DNA of 63,325 bases, filler included, from Globobulimina sp. (GCA_003354225.1; 26 parts of 26 records of this genome joined end to end with filler, not necessarily neighbours in it), one strand, 5' to 3'; shown: positions 48,801-60,988, counted from the first letter of the whole stretch. Notes: generated from the letters alone by a model not told the origin. Numbers and translations are program-made.

Positions 48801-49698
48801 TTCTGGTTCAGATATTGAGACAGTTGATATCACCGGCGGTGCTCCTGAATTAAATCGTGAATTTAGATATTTTGTTGAAAATATACGCAAAATAAAACCT
48901 GATATGACTATAGTTGATAGGTGTAATCTAACTGTTTTATATGAAGATGGACAAGCTGATTTAAAGGAATTTTTAGCTGAAACTAAGGTACTTTTAAGCT
49001 AAGTTTTTGAGTGGAATTAAATTTGTAACCATGTCAACTTTACACAGTGTAAATTAATATGTTCGCTACCATGTTATAGTAAGAAAAATGTGACTAAACA
49101 ACGTGGGCGAGGTGTGTTTGATAAATCAATTCAAGCATTAATTGATTTAAATGGTGTGGGATTTGGTATGGCAGATGATAGGAATTTAGAGATAGATTTG
49201 GTGTATAACCCAGTTGGTGCATTTTTGCCGCCCAATAGAGAAGACTTAGAGATTGATTATAAACGTGAATTAGCTGAATTATTTGGTATACAATTTAATT
49301 GTTTACATGTGTTTAATAACCAACCAATCAAACGATTTGCAGATTATTTATATCGTCGTGGCGAATTAGGTGAATATATGACATTATTAGTGAATAATTT
49401 TAATAATTCAGCAGTTGAAGGATTGATGTGTACAAATACTGTAAATGTATCATGGAGCGGCCATGTATTTGATTGCGATTTCAATCAAATGTTAGAAATG
49501 TCTGTTTTGTGGGATATAAATAAGCCATTTACGCAATATGTAAATAATGGATCTGATAATGATGATGTAATATGTCCACATAATGGGGCGACTGTATTTG
49601 ATGTAAATGATTTGAATCAATTTAATGCAGCAAAAATAGCAACGGACGCACATTGTTTTGCATGTACTGCTGGTGCTGGAAGTAAATGTGGCACATAA
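48801..49698 (+). CDS. arsS: Arsenosugar-biosynthesis radical SAM protein, ArsS-like with DUF3641 (5' partial); intron 48988-49047
   Basis: DITGGAPELN, DRCNLTVL, SLPCY..NV..QRG.GVF, LVYNP, DCDFNQM and HCFACTAGAGS.C motifs; phase-0 GT-AG intron. Confidence 0.85.
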
Positions 49699-50047
49699 AA
49701 CATAATTATGACATTATTTGTGAGCCAAAGATAAATATGCATCTTTTGTTGTTGTTGTTGTATGGAATGTACATCAACATTTTGACGTAAAATATTGTTG
49801 TTTTCCATTTTTTTCAATGCAAATTTGCGTATGCTTTGTGCGTGTTTTGTTAATTAATATTAAAATCAGGATTTTACAATTTTTCTGAGAAACGAAGGCA
49901 AACTTAATTATGTAAAATACTATTACCTTTCAATAAAAATATGACGCTGAAAACAGGATGCTCTATGAAAACATGATCGACAAATAAGTGAATTAAATTA
50001 AGATTTGATAACAAATCAATGTGAAATTGTAAATTATATTTGTTTGT

Positions 50048-50839
50048 TTATTCTTCAACACTTATTGTTTTAAACATAGTTGGCCACGGATCAAAAGGAC
50101 AGCCACCAAAATGTCTGACATTCCTTCTGCCCTCAACAGGATTATCCCAATTCCATGAATCTGAGTAATGAGAAACAACCATAACATTTGCATAATCATT
50201 TAATTGCAGCTTTGTTTTATCTCCGAAAGTAAAGCCAATTCCTAATGCTTTATTTAATTGAATTTCCAAATCGTTGAGAGTTTTTTGCCCATATTCAATA
50301 CAAACGAGTGCATCAATCGAGCCACTCAAATCGCACATCCTTTCAATTCTTTCTTTTATTTTTATTCCAAGTTCCAATGAATAATTATTTGCGTACAATA
50401 CCAATTGGTTGTGATTGTGTGTTGCATTTCTTTTTTTGCTAAGTGCAATCTCTTGAAGTGAAGGAAAATAATTTGGATTAAAGAGAATGGAAATAGATTT
50501 GTTATCAAATTCAATTTGTTGATGCAAATTCCCAAACAATTCGTTCAAAGTATCAATATCATCCGCATCAAATTGTTGATCTGTGATTGAAAGTAAAGTC
50601 TGCGAAAGACAGAAAACCCATAAATTGGTGTCGTTAACTTTAATCTCATCCATTTGTGAATTGAATACAATCGATCTTGTTTGTTTAGAATTTGTTGCAT
50701 TCAAAACATAAATTTTTGATATCAAAAACAAAACTATAACTGGTAAATGCATGCTAATTTTCGATTGAAAGTTTGGGAAATTGAATCCTGCGATATTCCG
50801 TTGATGCAGCTGAATTTTATCATAATTTTTGGGGTACAT
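50048..50839 (-). CDS. Hypothetical protein with a signal-peptide-like segment
   Basis: 263-aa ORF with MHLPVIVLFLIS; no recognised domain. Confidence 0.5.
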   Translation of the reverse strand: MYPKNYDKIQLHQRNIAGFNFPNFQSKISMHLPVIVLFLISKIYVLNATNSKQTRSIVFNSQMDEIKVNDTNLWVFCLSQTLLSITDQQFDADDIDTLNELFGNLHQQIEFDNKSISILFNPNYFPSLQEIALSKKRNATHNHNQLVLYANNYSLELGIKIKERIERMCDLSGSIDALVCIEYGQKTLNDLEIQLNKALGIGFTFGDKTKLQLNDYANVMVVSHYSDSWNWDNPVEGRRNVRHFGGCPFDPWPTMFKTISVEE

Positions 50840-51469
50840 TTTTGATATACGAGTTCTTTTGGTCAGTCAAATGTTTTTGAGCGGATTTAACAATGTTAAC
50901 ATCACTCAAAATATTCGTTATATTGCAGATATTTCGGGACAAAAACGCCCAATAATAAAGACAAGGAAGTAAATTCTACATCAGATATCACAAAGTCAAT
51001 AAATTCAAAATTTGCCAAGCAAAAATTCGATCAAGAGAAAATGTTATACGTATACAAAACAAGAAACCACATTCAAACTCCGTCTGGCTACCAACATGTC
51101 AAGCGTCAACTGAGGAAATGTGACAATGTATATGATTTNNNNNNNNNNNNNNNNNNNNNNNNNNNNNNNNNNNNNNNNNNNNTTAATTAATTAANNNNNN
51201 NNNNNNNNNNNNNNNNNNNNNNNNNNNNNNNNNNNNNNTACATGTTGCACGAAAGCCGAAGCCGTTTGTATGTATTGCGTGAGCAGCAGTTGGCATTGCA
51301 AGAAAATATCAATGAACTGGAAACCCTGGAGCAGATTGCGATGCAGGATTTACAGATGTGTAGCAAGGATGTCGAAAGCAGCTACAAAGATTATCTGTCT
51401 GAATTAATATTGTCTGAACTCACAGGTGACGAGCCCTTTGACGCGCAGTAGGCAGTGATAAAACCACAG

Positions 51470-52335
51470 ATAACATCGATGGAATTCATGCAAGAAATAC
51501 GAATCAATCATCTGCATTGGGATTAATTGTGGATCATTTGGCTGACTCTGCAGTGTTAATACCAATAATAGTCTCAATGTTCGATGCGCTACATTTTAGA
51601 AATAATAATTTTTATAATATTATAGTGTTATTAAGTGTTTCTAACTGTATTCTTAATTCATGCACATGGGATATGAATGTATTATATTTCCGTAAAGGCC
51701 ATTTGAGTGAATTTGATGTGGTAGAATTCCAAATGACTTTTATTATTTTACATATCGTGTCTGAGTTATGGGGAAATCAGATATGGGATAATTATTATTT
51801 AGGATATGTTGTAGTTATTATATTGAATATAGTTTCTGCATTAGATATATATCAACATTGTCAATCAATTGTTAGTATCAAACATTTCAATAAAATAAAG
51901 AAACTATTTCAAACAGAAATTTTGCAAATTGTTGCAATATTATTTGTAATGAATATATGGTTTATATTTGGAGAAATTGTGAATATTGCAATGTATTGGA
52001 CCATTTTTCAATGTTATTTTGTGTTGTTATCATTGGATATTCATATTAAAACAGTTTTAAATTATCCGAAACTTTTTATGGAGAACAGTTTGGAAACAAA
52101 TAAATTTACTATAATTCCACATTATTTTTATCCATTATTCTGTAGAGTTTTTTTATCGATTTTTATTGGAAGGACTGCAATGATGCATATAATTGCTGTT
52201 GGTTTGGAATTTTATATTTGTGCATTCGCTGCGTATTATATTTGGAGCAGACTGAATGAAGTGGCCAATATTTTGCAAATAAACATTTTGATATCTATTG
52301 CGAAATTGCGCGATGCGCCAAAATTGTGTGATTAA
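51470..52335 (+). CDS. CDP-alcohol phosphatidyltransferase (CPT/EPT-like), last exon
   Basis: IDGIHARNTNQSSALGLIVDHLAD matches the DG..AR....G...D...D signature, which begins upstream of the track ORF. Confidence 0.85.
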
Positions 52336-52423
52336 TTTATTTATGCATTTCTGTGTTTAATTTTTTTTTTAATACTTATTATATTCATACAAAAAAATAC
52401 CTGATCATATATGCATGCAACAA

Positions 52424-53576
52424 TCATAAATATTTGCCATATTGATAAGCAAATAAAGAAACAAACATACACAAATAAACAGTAACGACAAAACAAAGCT
52501 GTGGCGTACTCATTTGATCAAAATGTTCAACAAATTGACTTAGCATATTAAATCTCCAATATTTCTCAACATAAATGATTGTGCAAAAATAATGCAATAT
52601 ATCCTGACCACCGTAAATCACTGTGAGTGCCATACTCTTTTGAAAAAAATCATTACTAAAATGACTATTCAGATACTGAGGACCATAACAACTAAACCTC
52701 ACTAAATACATAATAGTGCACAGAAACGAACCACAAAACCTAGCAAATATATCCATTGACAATCGAGATCTCCATTGTATTAAATTACTTTCATTGCTAA
52801 ATATTTTGTGCAAGATATAAAATGCACACATTCCATTATTTTCTTTCAAAAAACTTAAGACTTTTGCTGATTTATTGAAATACCATTCAGATAACATCAG
52901 ATTTGTTTCAATAATTTCTGTCAGAAAATGTGCAATCAATAAGTACATAAATATGTGCACAGTTTGTTGCGTGAATCCTGGACTTTTGGCGACTATGGCT
53001 TTGGTAAAACTATAATAATAGACAGAAAAATATGCTTCCATCAAGTAACAGAGTGAGATGAAAGCCTCTGCTTTTTTGTGTTGCTTTATTTGTCGCAAAC
53101 TGTCAATATTTCTGGCGATACGTTTTGTGCTCTTCCTTAACAGTGCTGTGATAATAAGAAATGTCCATATGATGCGGTCAAAATTCTCCGCAATGTACGA
53201 ATGGTTCAGCACTTTAAAAAGGTACAAATTAACAGACGAGACAAGCATTAACATATAGAATAATACAATATTGACTAGCACAATGACGTTGCTGTGGGTG
53301 GATTTATCTGACACTGACGATGCCAATAAACATTCTCCCAATTCAAGATTAGCAGTGTCAGACTCAGACGCGTACGTTGCTACCAATTCAATTTCCATTT
53401 CCATTTCCATTTCCGCTGTAGATGTGTCTGACGATATCGATGCAGATGTCTCCATATTAATATGCAATATTTTTGAGAGTGATTTTAACACAAAAAAGCA
53501 GAGCAACGGAATGATAAAAGGCAGGATAATCACCAAACCCATCATGTATAGTCTTAATGTAAATTCAGTGTCAGAC
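52424..53576 (-). CDS. Multi-pass membrane hypothetical protein (5' partial)
   Basis: Long ORF with many hydrophobic helices. Confidence 0.6.
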
Positions 53577-53830
53577 NNNNNNNNNNNNNNNNNNNNNNNN
53601 NNNNNNNNNNNNNNNNNNNNTTAATTAATTAANNNNNNNNNNNNNNNNNNNNNNNNNNNNNNNNNNNNNNNNNNNNCCCGCCTTTTTGGTTATTTTGGCC
53701 TTCGATTATGGTAAAATAAAATGGAGCCTTCCCGCAATGTGCCCTCGAAAGAAAAACATGCGAATTGTCATGTTGCAAACACACCAAATACAAATCGAAT
53801 TGTATGCAGTTATATAGGTTTAATCCCTGA

Positions 53831-53899
53831 TCCCTCGTAGCTCAATTGATAGAGCACTGTTTTAAACGTGTTATCCAGGTTCAAATCCTGGCGAGGGAA
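53831..53899 (+). tRNA. tRNA-like gene or pseudogene with a shortened, poorly paired anticodon arm
   Basis: Acceptor TCCCTCG/CGAGGGA, D arm GCTC-AATTGATA-GAGC, T arm CCAGG-TTCAAAT-CCTGG; only 19 nt between the D and T arms. Confidence 0.7.
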
Positions 53900-54138
53900 T
53901 GAATGAAAAAACATATATGTACTTTTCATTGTTTGACAGTGCAAGGATAGACAGTGCAAGGATAGATTTTTCCTGGATTCTGAAATTCGTCACTTATTTA
54001 TCATCTCGTCAATATTCGGCATGCTTTTAAATAAAATAAAAATGTAGTGCATGTTCCATTCACTCAGAAATATATACAAACACGCAAATTATATGAATAA
54101 CTAATTTAAAAAAATTATAATACAATTTATATACAGAT

Positions 54139-55941
54139 TTAATGAGTATCAGAAACCAATTTTTTATATAACGATGTTTCTTTAAATCTAACAAACGAAA
54201 ACGTTAATAATTTTATCATTTCATCCGCGGATTCATCAAATATCTGATAAAAAGTGGTAGTTTCGTGTAAAAGCAATGTTTCCATCTCAACATTCAACAA
54301 CAACCGCTCATTTATTCTCCTCTCAATATATTCCAATAACTGTGCATCATCCGATCCATTGTAATTACCACCAAAAATATCCGTTAATTGCGATCGAGTG
54401 GAAAAGCCAATATTTATCTCCGTCGCTGCATTCACAGCAATATATTTACAAAATAAATAATATGAACCCACCATACATTCAAATAATAATTTAAACCATA
54501 ACATATCATCGTTGTCGTTAATTTTTAATACCTCCAAATATTGTCTATAAACCGAGTCATATTTGTCATGAAACTGTTTGTTATTAAACGTGTTTTCAAC
54601 CACTAACTGTGACTGTGGAATAACGCCATTTTGGATTAACTCCTTTTGTTTAAACAATATACCATATTTTTCCAAATATTTTTCACGTTCATCAGCTATA
54701 TCCACATTGATGAAATCCATATAAATGCCATTGTCGACCATATACACTTTGTACTGAATAAACTCTATCAAAGAGAGTAATATTTCAACCGAAAATTCTG
54801 TACTTAAATGGAACATAAATGCGCCGAAACCTTGTTCTGTCGCCAAAATTGTATCCATTTCTAATAAAACATTGCAGGTCAAATCATTAGAATTGATATC
54901 TGTATTTACGACGGAACCAAATGAATTCGAATGGACGACATTGTCGCGCATTTGCGACAATTTGAAGGTTGAAAGTTTGCCAGAATTCTTAAATATATCC
55001 AACGGCGACAACTGTACAGCAGTACGAGGAGAGGTGTTATTATCTTTCTTTTTGTTCTGTAATTCAAATAATAACAACCAATGTTTATTACGTTTGATTG
55101 GCCATAATGTATGAATTAAAATGATACCAAATATACAAAATGCATAAATAAGACAAGGGATTGACACAAAAATATGTTTGATCCAGAAATTATTTATAAA
55201 ATATGCACTGATTATACATGGAATATTCAATGGAACAGAGACGAGAGCACTTATTAAGATATAATTTATTTCGGTTTTAACAAAGAAATTGTCCTCAAAC
55301 GTCGGTGTTTTATAACGAATGATTGTCAATAAAATAATGCCTGGTAATACTATTAATATTGTTACCGTATTTAAGCTGGTCCAAATTAACGATATTTCAC
55401 CGCGTTGGGATATATTATTATGTATTGAGGATAGACACGAATGTAAATTTAAAATGGTACAATCACATTTGAATAAAATATATACGTACAATATACATAG
55501 CGATACAATATAAATTAAAATGATATATTTTGCCCAATATTTGGCATTTCCATAGGAATTTTTATGTAAAATAAACCAATTTTGTGTTTTATTAATGTTG
55601 GTATTGATTAACGATTTCCATTCATTATTTATTATTGTTTTACTATAATTTATATCAAAATAATTTATATAGACTCGACATAGAAATATACAAATAATTA
55701 CAATAAATGTTAAACAATATTGGATAAAAATGTGTGTGCTAAGTGAGGGGCCAAATCCATTCATTCTATTCGTAGCAAATATTCTGGCGATAAATATCAT
55801 GTTCAATAAAATAAAATTAAGTATCCCAAAAATTACAAATAATATGTAAAGCTTTTCATAAAAAAGCAACCCATAAAAATGATATGCTTTACAGTTTCTT
55901 GACACAAAATAAGATTGGGTTTCATCAATAATTTTGGCCAT
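54139..55941 (-). CDS. Multi-TM receptor-like protein with a C-terminal RGS domain
   Basis: TM helices followed by GFGAFMFHLSTEFSVEILL, KYIAVNAATEINI and IFDESADEMIKLL.SFVRF. Confidence 0.85.
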   Translation of the reverse strand: MAKIIDETQSYFVSRNCKAYHFYGLLFYEKLYILFVIFGILNFILLNMIFIARIFATNRMNGFGPSLSTHIFIQYCLTFIVIICIFLCRVYINYFDINYSKTIINNEWKSLINTNINKTQNWFILHKNSYGNAKYWAKYIILIYIVSLCILYVYILFKCDCTILNLHSCLSSIHNNISQRGEISLIWTSLNTVTILIVLPGIILLTIIRYKTPTFEDNFFVKTEINYILISALVSVPLNIPCIISAYFINNFWIKHIFVSIPCLIYAFCIFGIILIHTLWPIKRNKHWLLLFELQNKKKDNNTSPRTAVQLSPLDIFKNSGKLSTFKLSQMRDNVVHSNSFGSVVNTDINSNDLTCNVLLEMDTILATEQGFGAFMFHLSTEFSVEILLSLIEFIQYKVYMVDNGIYMDFINVDIADEREKYLEKYGILFKQKELIQNGVIPQSQLVVENTFNNKQFHDKYDSVYRQYLEVLKINDNDDMLWFKLLFECMVGSYYLFCKYIAVNAATEINIGFSTRSQLTDIFGGNYNGSDDAQLLEYIERRINERLLLNVEMETLLLHETTTFYQIFDESADEMIKLLTFSFVRFKETSLYKKLVSDTH

Positions 55942-56462
55942 ATCACCTATACTTCCTTTTGTTTTCCGTTGTTGAGTATTTCAAAAAACGGACAATGGAT
56001 TAACTGGAAAGGCCNNNNNNNNNNNNNNNNNNNNNNNNNNNNNNNNNNNNNNNNNNNNTTAATTAATTAANNNNNNNNNNNNNNNNNNNNNNNNNNNNNN
56101 NNNNNNNNNNNNNNGATATTGTGAATAATTTGAGATTTGCGCATACTGTGACTGTCAGCAATGGGTCGGATTTGCACGGTGTTGATGAATATAATGGTGA
56201 GATATCAACCAATCCGAAACAAAAAATAACAGACATTGGTATCGGATCTGATAAAATTAATCCAAAAAAACGGAAATCAATTCAAGATGAAAAAAGAGCG
56301 TCGATACAAATGGCCAATTTCCATTCTTCTTCGGTTCGTTACGTTGATGATGACAGTTTGGTCGATCAGTTTGAAGATTAATTATTCTTTATTTATTTGT
56401 TTGTGTTTTTTTTCTTGTTGTAAAAACTGTCAATTTCTTAGTAAGTGTTAGTTGGAAAGAGC

Positions 56463-58155
56463 ATGAATGCCCAACTTATGACTGCTGCTGAAGGTGAGGC
56501 AGGATTCAATTTTGATAAATGGATAACAAACAATGCCCTGCAAGATATTAAACATTTATTTATCAAACATCATGCAACGACACAGCAAACATTACAATTT
56601 ACATCCAGCCATTTCAGCGCATTGCTGTCTGATCCACAATTATTACAAAAATGGATCCCAAAGATTATGAAAGCAATGCAAACTGTGCATGCACCAAAGA
56701 CAGCGAAGAAACAACGAATTGTTATCACAGAAATGGAGGAAAATGCGATGGTGAATGCACAGAAAGAAAATGAGAAAATGGGGCGAGATATTAATAGATT
56801 TAATGCGTTGATAAAGAATACAAATAACAGCAAAAGAGAGAGCGAACAGAAAATCAATATTCAATTTGATGAAATTATAAAAGCACTGAGAGTGCGACAA
56901 AAAGAGTTATTGAGAAAATTAGAAAATATGCAAACAAATAAAATTAAGAAACTTGAAAAACAGTTAAATATTTTAAAAGTTTGTGGCAAACAATACAATG
57001 ATTTGGAGCAGAAATGGCAGCAAATGCTCCATAATGAAAATATTGAAAGAAATGACAGAAAACAACAAATTGTCAATGCCGCAAATCTAAGCAGCGAAAA
57101 TGCAAAAAAACTACAAAATGAAAATCAAAAAATATTTGCAACAGAAAGTGATAAATTTGCAGCGCAGTTTGAAGCATATAAAGCAGTTTAGAGATAATTA
57201 TAAAATATAAATTGTGTATGTTTTGTTGTTTGCTTTTTTTGTCAGTTTGTGGATGGATTTGGCACTGTTTGCAGTGGCATGGCCGCACCGATTATATCAT
57301 TGTTGAACGTCGCTGTACAAACTGCTAAATTTGCGGTGCAATGTGTTGGCGGTGTTGCTGATGAAAAAAAAGAAGAATTCGAAAATGAATATATTTATCA
57401 AGTTGAATGGAGTGCGGATTGTAAAGGGAATGAGGAAGATGATGGAAAATATGAATGGGAAATTCGAGAATTTGAGGCAGTGCCAATTGAAATTGATAAT
57501 TTATTAAGAAACACAAAATATGGAATAAGATGCAAATTGAAATCAAGAAAACGTAATATTTGCAGTTTAGCATCGCAGATTTTGTTGTTTAATACAAAAG
57601 ATACGGCGGAGAGTTAAGTCAATAATGTTTAATTAATATGTTTTGAGTGTGGATTATTATTTATTTATTTATGTTGTTGTAATGTATAAAGTGTTTGAAA
57701 TAAAAAGAGGAGACATTTGTGATGATGAGTGGGGTTATGGTGGTGACTCAGATGTATTGTCATTTATGTCTGATACAAATATAATATTTTATGGAATTGC
57801 TGTGTTTGATTGTGGAGGAACAGTGGATGCAAAATATAAAATATTTGAAGGTGATAATAAAGATAATGATAATAATATTATTGCACATTCAAAACAAAAA
57901 TCATTTACAAAAGATGCAATGACAAATGCACCGATACGATTTGATTTGGATGAACCAATTAATATTAATAAAGACACCAAATATACCATTCAATTGGAAC
58001 AAAAAAATAATGGGAGTGGTTCATATCAGGTATATTCAGGAAAAACAACCGTAACAATAAAAGGAGTGACAATAACTTTCTCAAAGGCGTCAAACTCACC
58101 AAATGGTACACGTGTCATTGATGGTGCTTTTCCTATTTTATATTGTGCAGTTTGA
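56463..58155 (+). CDS. Coiled-coil plus FN3-like plus PHR-domain protein (3 exons)
   Basis: WGYGGDSDVLSF...GIAVF and SPNGTRVIDGAFPILY are PHR motifs; NLLRNTKYGIR is FN3-like. Confidence 0.75.
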
Positions 58156-58551
58156 TTATAATATACACGTTTTAATTAACGTAACAACACAAACAATAAT
58201 TAATTACATTTGAAATAATTATAACAGAAAAGCGTGAACCGGCATTGATGCAATCTGTAAATGTGAAACATTCCTTGTTAATAAGCGATTATTTGCATTT
58301 TGTGCAATTATGACAACTCTTTGATTATTTCTATGTGGATTTGACGGACTTATTTTCTTTTTCTTATCCATATATTTTGTGGAACAGGTTGGTTCTCTAC
58401 ATATTGGACATAAACATTTTCCTTCTTTCTCCCATAAAACAATGCAATGCANNNNNNNNNNNNNNNNNNNNNNNNNNNNNNNNNNNNNNNNNNNNTTAAT
58501 TAATTAANNNNNNNNNNNNNNNNNNNNNNNNNNNNNNNNNNNNNNNNNNNN

Positions 58552-59381
58552 TTCGGTCAGAGCGGTCCAGTGGCTTATTCATGATTCCCAACAGTTGTTT
58601 ATTAGTGGTCAGTGACTCTCCTTGGTTATTGGAAGTTGATGGATTAGGCGAAGTAGTAAAACCAGCAAAAGCACCACTAGAACTGGGGGCAATTCCCCTT
58701 TCCAAGTAGCCGGCTGACTCCATAAAGCGAGCCAGCTCAAAGGCCTGATTCAGATTAGCAACTCTTCCCTTTATTACATCTAATCTAATTCGAGGATCCA
58801 AACCCTGCTGGAAACGGACCAGCAGGTCAGCATCACGTTGTTCTCTATTCTTAGTAGGCCAAGCCCCTCGAGCCAGTTTCTTTAGTGATGCATAGTAGTC
58901 AGATACTGTTTCCCCTGGTAGTTGTACCCTTCGAAATAGTTCGTTATCACAAAATTAGGCCAGCTCAGCTGGCTGTAAGCTGACCTTTAGTGCATTAACC
59001 GCTTGTGGGTAGTTATTTTTGACTTCATCCGTTAGATCACGATAAACTTCTAGAGCATTCCCTGTTAGCAAAAGTGATAGAATATGAGCCTTCCTAGCGT
59101 TATCAATATTATGTTCGGCAAGACAGATGACGAACGTATCTATCCATTCAGTGAAATTAGCATTCGGTTTCTCTCCAAATTTAGTTAGCATAGCGTGACC
59201 ATGAATTAGGGACACCGGTGGACGGTCCGGTCCGGTATCTGTAGTGCCTCTAGGGCCTCCTGCATATGTAGTTGTTGCACATTTTGCGCGTGAATAGCAT
59301 TCCCTAAATTATTTAGCACATGGACCATCTCTTCGTGTTGCTGTTCAGCCATCTGTTGTCGTTGAGCTCTAGTTAAAACCA
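58552..59381 (-). pseudogene. gag: Ty3/gypsy gag pseudogene (one frameshift, one in-frame TAA)
   Basis: MVLTRAQ start; KFGEKP..F.EW, RVQLPGETVSDYYASLKKLA and RFQQGL capsid motifs; GGACC duplication near 59225; TAA at 58955-58957. Confidence 0.85.
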
Positions 59382-59523
59382 TAAACTGTAGAAAGGTGGA
59401 TAGTTGTAGATTTATTGAAAATAACCGTGCTATTAGTTGAAGATAAAATGACGCCTTAGTTGAAATGAAAAGTTTAGGTTTGTAACAAAATATAGAGGAA
59501 AAAGGGCGAGTAGTTCGATTAAT

Positions 59524-59541
59524 TCCCGGGTTTCGGCACCA
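59524..59541 (-). promoter_or_regulatory. Primer-binding site complementary to the tRNA-Phe 3' end
   Basis: Minus strand reads TGGTGCCGAAACCCGGGA, 3 nt downstream of the LTR end. Confidence 0.88.
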
Positions 59542-59544
59542 AAT

Positions 59545-59693
59545 TGTTACGTGGATAAGTGCAAGTGAGCAAGTTTGATAAAAGGAGAGTTTATTCGACA
59601 CAAGTTTAACACAACTCCCGACCACAATTGGACGGGTATATTTATATTACACCGAAGATTGGCTCCACTGAACTATACAAGGACATTGTTACA
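59545..59693 (-). mobile_element. 5' LTR of the gypsy element (about 149 bp)
   Basis: TGTAACA...GTAACA termini with internal TATAAATA and AATAAA, directly upstream of the primer-binding site. Confidence 0.7.
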
Positions 59694-59889
59694 TTTCACC
59701 GACTAAAACTCCTATTTAGTTAGACCTTAGGCCATGTACTGTTTATGCATGACTGGCTATACTGGTTTATTAGTTTTCCCCAGATGCACGTCTACGGCGC
59801 ATGATGACAATCAAGTTAGATGTATTTAACCTTTTATTACTACATTAGAATTAGAGATACATGATAATTTCCACTATTAGTTATGTGAC

Positions 59890-60033
59890 TCATATGTTTA
59901 TATTTCTACATTTCCTACTATTTTCATGCCACGCCAATGATTGATATTTTTTGGATACACGTTCGATTCTCACTAAGGTATATAAGTTAAGGTATTTAAA
60001 TATAAATAATATAATTTCATTTGGAAGATTCAT
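59890..60033 (-). CDS. F-box domain exon or fragment
   Basis: MNLPNEIILFIFKYLNLYTLVRIERVSKKY. Confidence 0.75.
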   Translation of the reverse strand: MNLPNEIILFIFKYLNLYTLVRIERVSKKYQSLAWHENSRKCRNINI

Positions 60034-60988
60034 TTTTAAGTTAAAACAGAAATCTAGCGAGATGTACAAATGAAACAATGCAGTAAAATTAAAATCAGAC
60101 GATGGGTTGACGGCATAGGGAACCGGTTTTCCCAGACGAAAATGTTTGATGCGAGTGTTTTCGTGGACTCTTGCCAATAGTCTCTGGGATAGAACGACAC
60201 TTGGCGCCATTATCGATTTTTGTGTAATGTCGCGTCGGTGACCGGTTTTTCTCATATTTCACGTTGTACAGTCATATCATTTTTGTCGGTTATTTAACAA
60301 CCCGAACAGAGCAAGGCGAGAAACGTCCCTTCTCAGACCACAGAGAGGGGGAGAGACTTTTAACTTTGGCCAAACTTTCAGAATTTTTTTACAGTACCTC
60401 GGAGTGCGGGGATGGAGAAATTTTCTGAATCATTCACTAGTTTTTGGACTTTTGAATTTTTCTCAAGCCCAGATGGACATTTTTCTACAGTACCCGGGAG
60501 ACTCAAACCCATAGTCTTTGGGGACTTAAGAATAATGCAGCACATAAATTGCATTGCACAATTAGCAAGTACGGCCAAAACATATCCAAATCGTAGACGG
60601 TTCATAGCGGCGAGCCCAGACAACACTGTTACAAAGGTATAATCAAAAAATTAGAGTACTTCTATAATGATGCACTGAACTGAACTAAATTGAACTGCTC
60701 AGAATTTAGATGCTAAGATCAAATAAGCAAAACAGAATGAACCAACAAACCAAAAGACAACTATTGAAAAATGTTTGAGTAAGAAATTAGAGCAAAAAGA
60801 TATGGTTAAGAGAAAAAATGTCAAGGGATTCAAGGTCCTACTAGTGAACGAGGACGTCGCGGTACTCGTGGACCACAAGGTCTGCAAGNNNNNNNNNNNN
60901 NNNNNNNNNNNNNNNNNNNNNNNNNNNNNNNNTTAATTAATTAANNNNNNNNNNNNNNNNNNNNNNNNNNNNNNNNNNNNNNNNNNNN

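Noticed and set aside
51242-51451. 69-aa coiled-coil ORF upstream of the phosphatidyltransferase exon
   Set aside because: It has no recognisable family and differs in composition from the adjacent exon. It may be a chimeric fragment and cannot be supported as a gene.
53855-53874. Possible TTA (ochre suppressor) anticodon implying stop-codon reassignment
   Set aside because: The anticodon stem barely pairs, and conserved genes here (arsS, the actin-like gene, the SDR) end normally at TAA with no internal stops.
58955-58957. Programmed readthrough of the TAA in gag
   Set aside because: It lies mid-capsid rather than at the gag-pol junction, and the gene also has a frameshift. Simple decay explains it.
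2343-60988. Regularly spaced TTAATTAATTAA repeats, and ORFs ending in X-runs or 'LIN'
   Set aside because: These are artificial contig spacers. They are not a CRISPR array or biological repeat, and neighbourhoods across spacers are meaningless.
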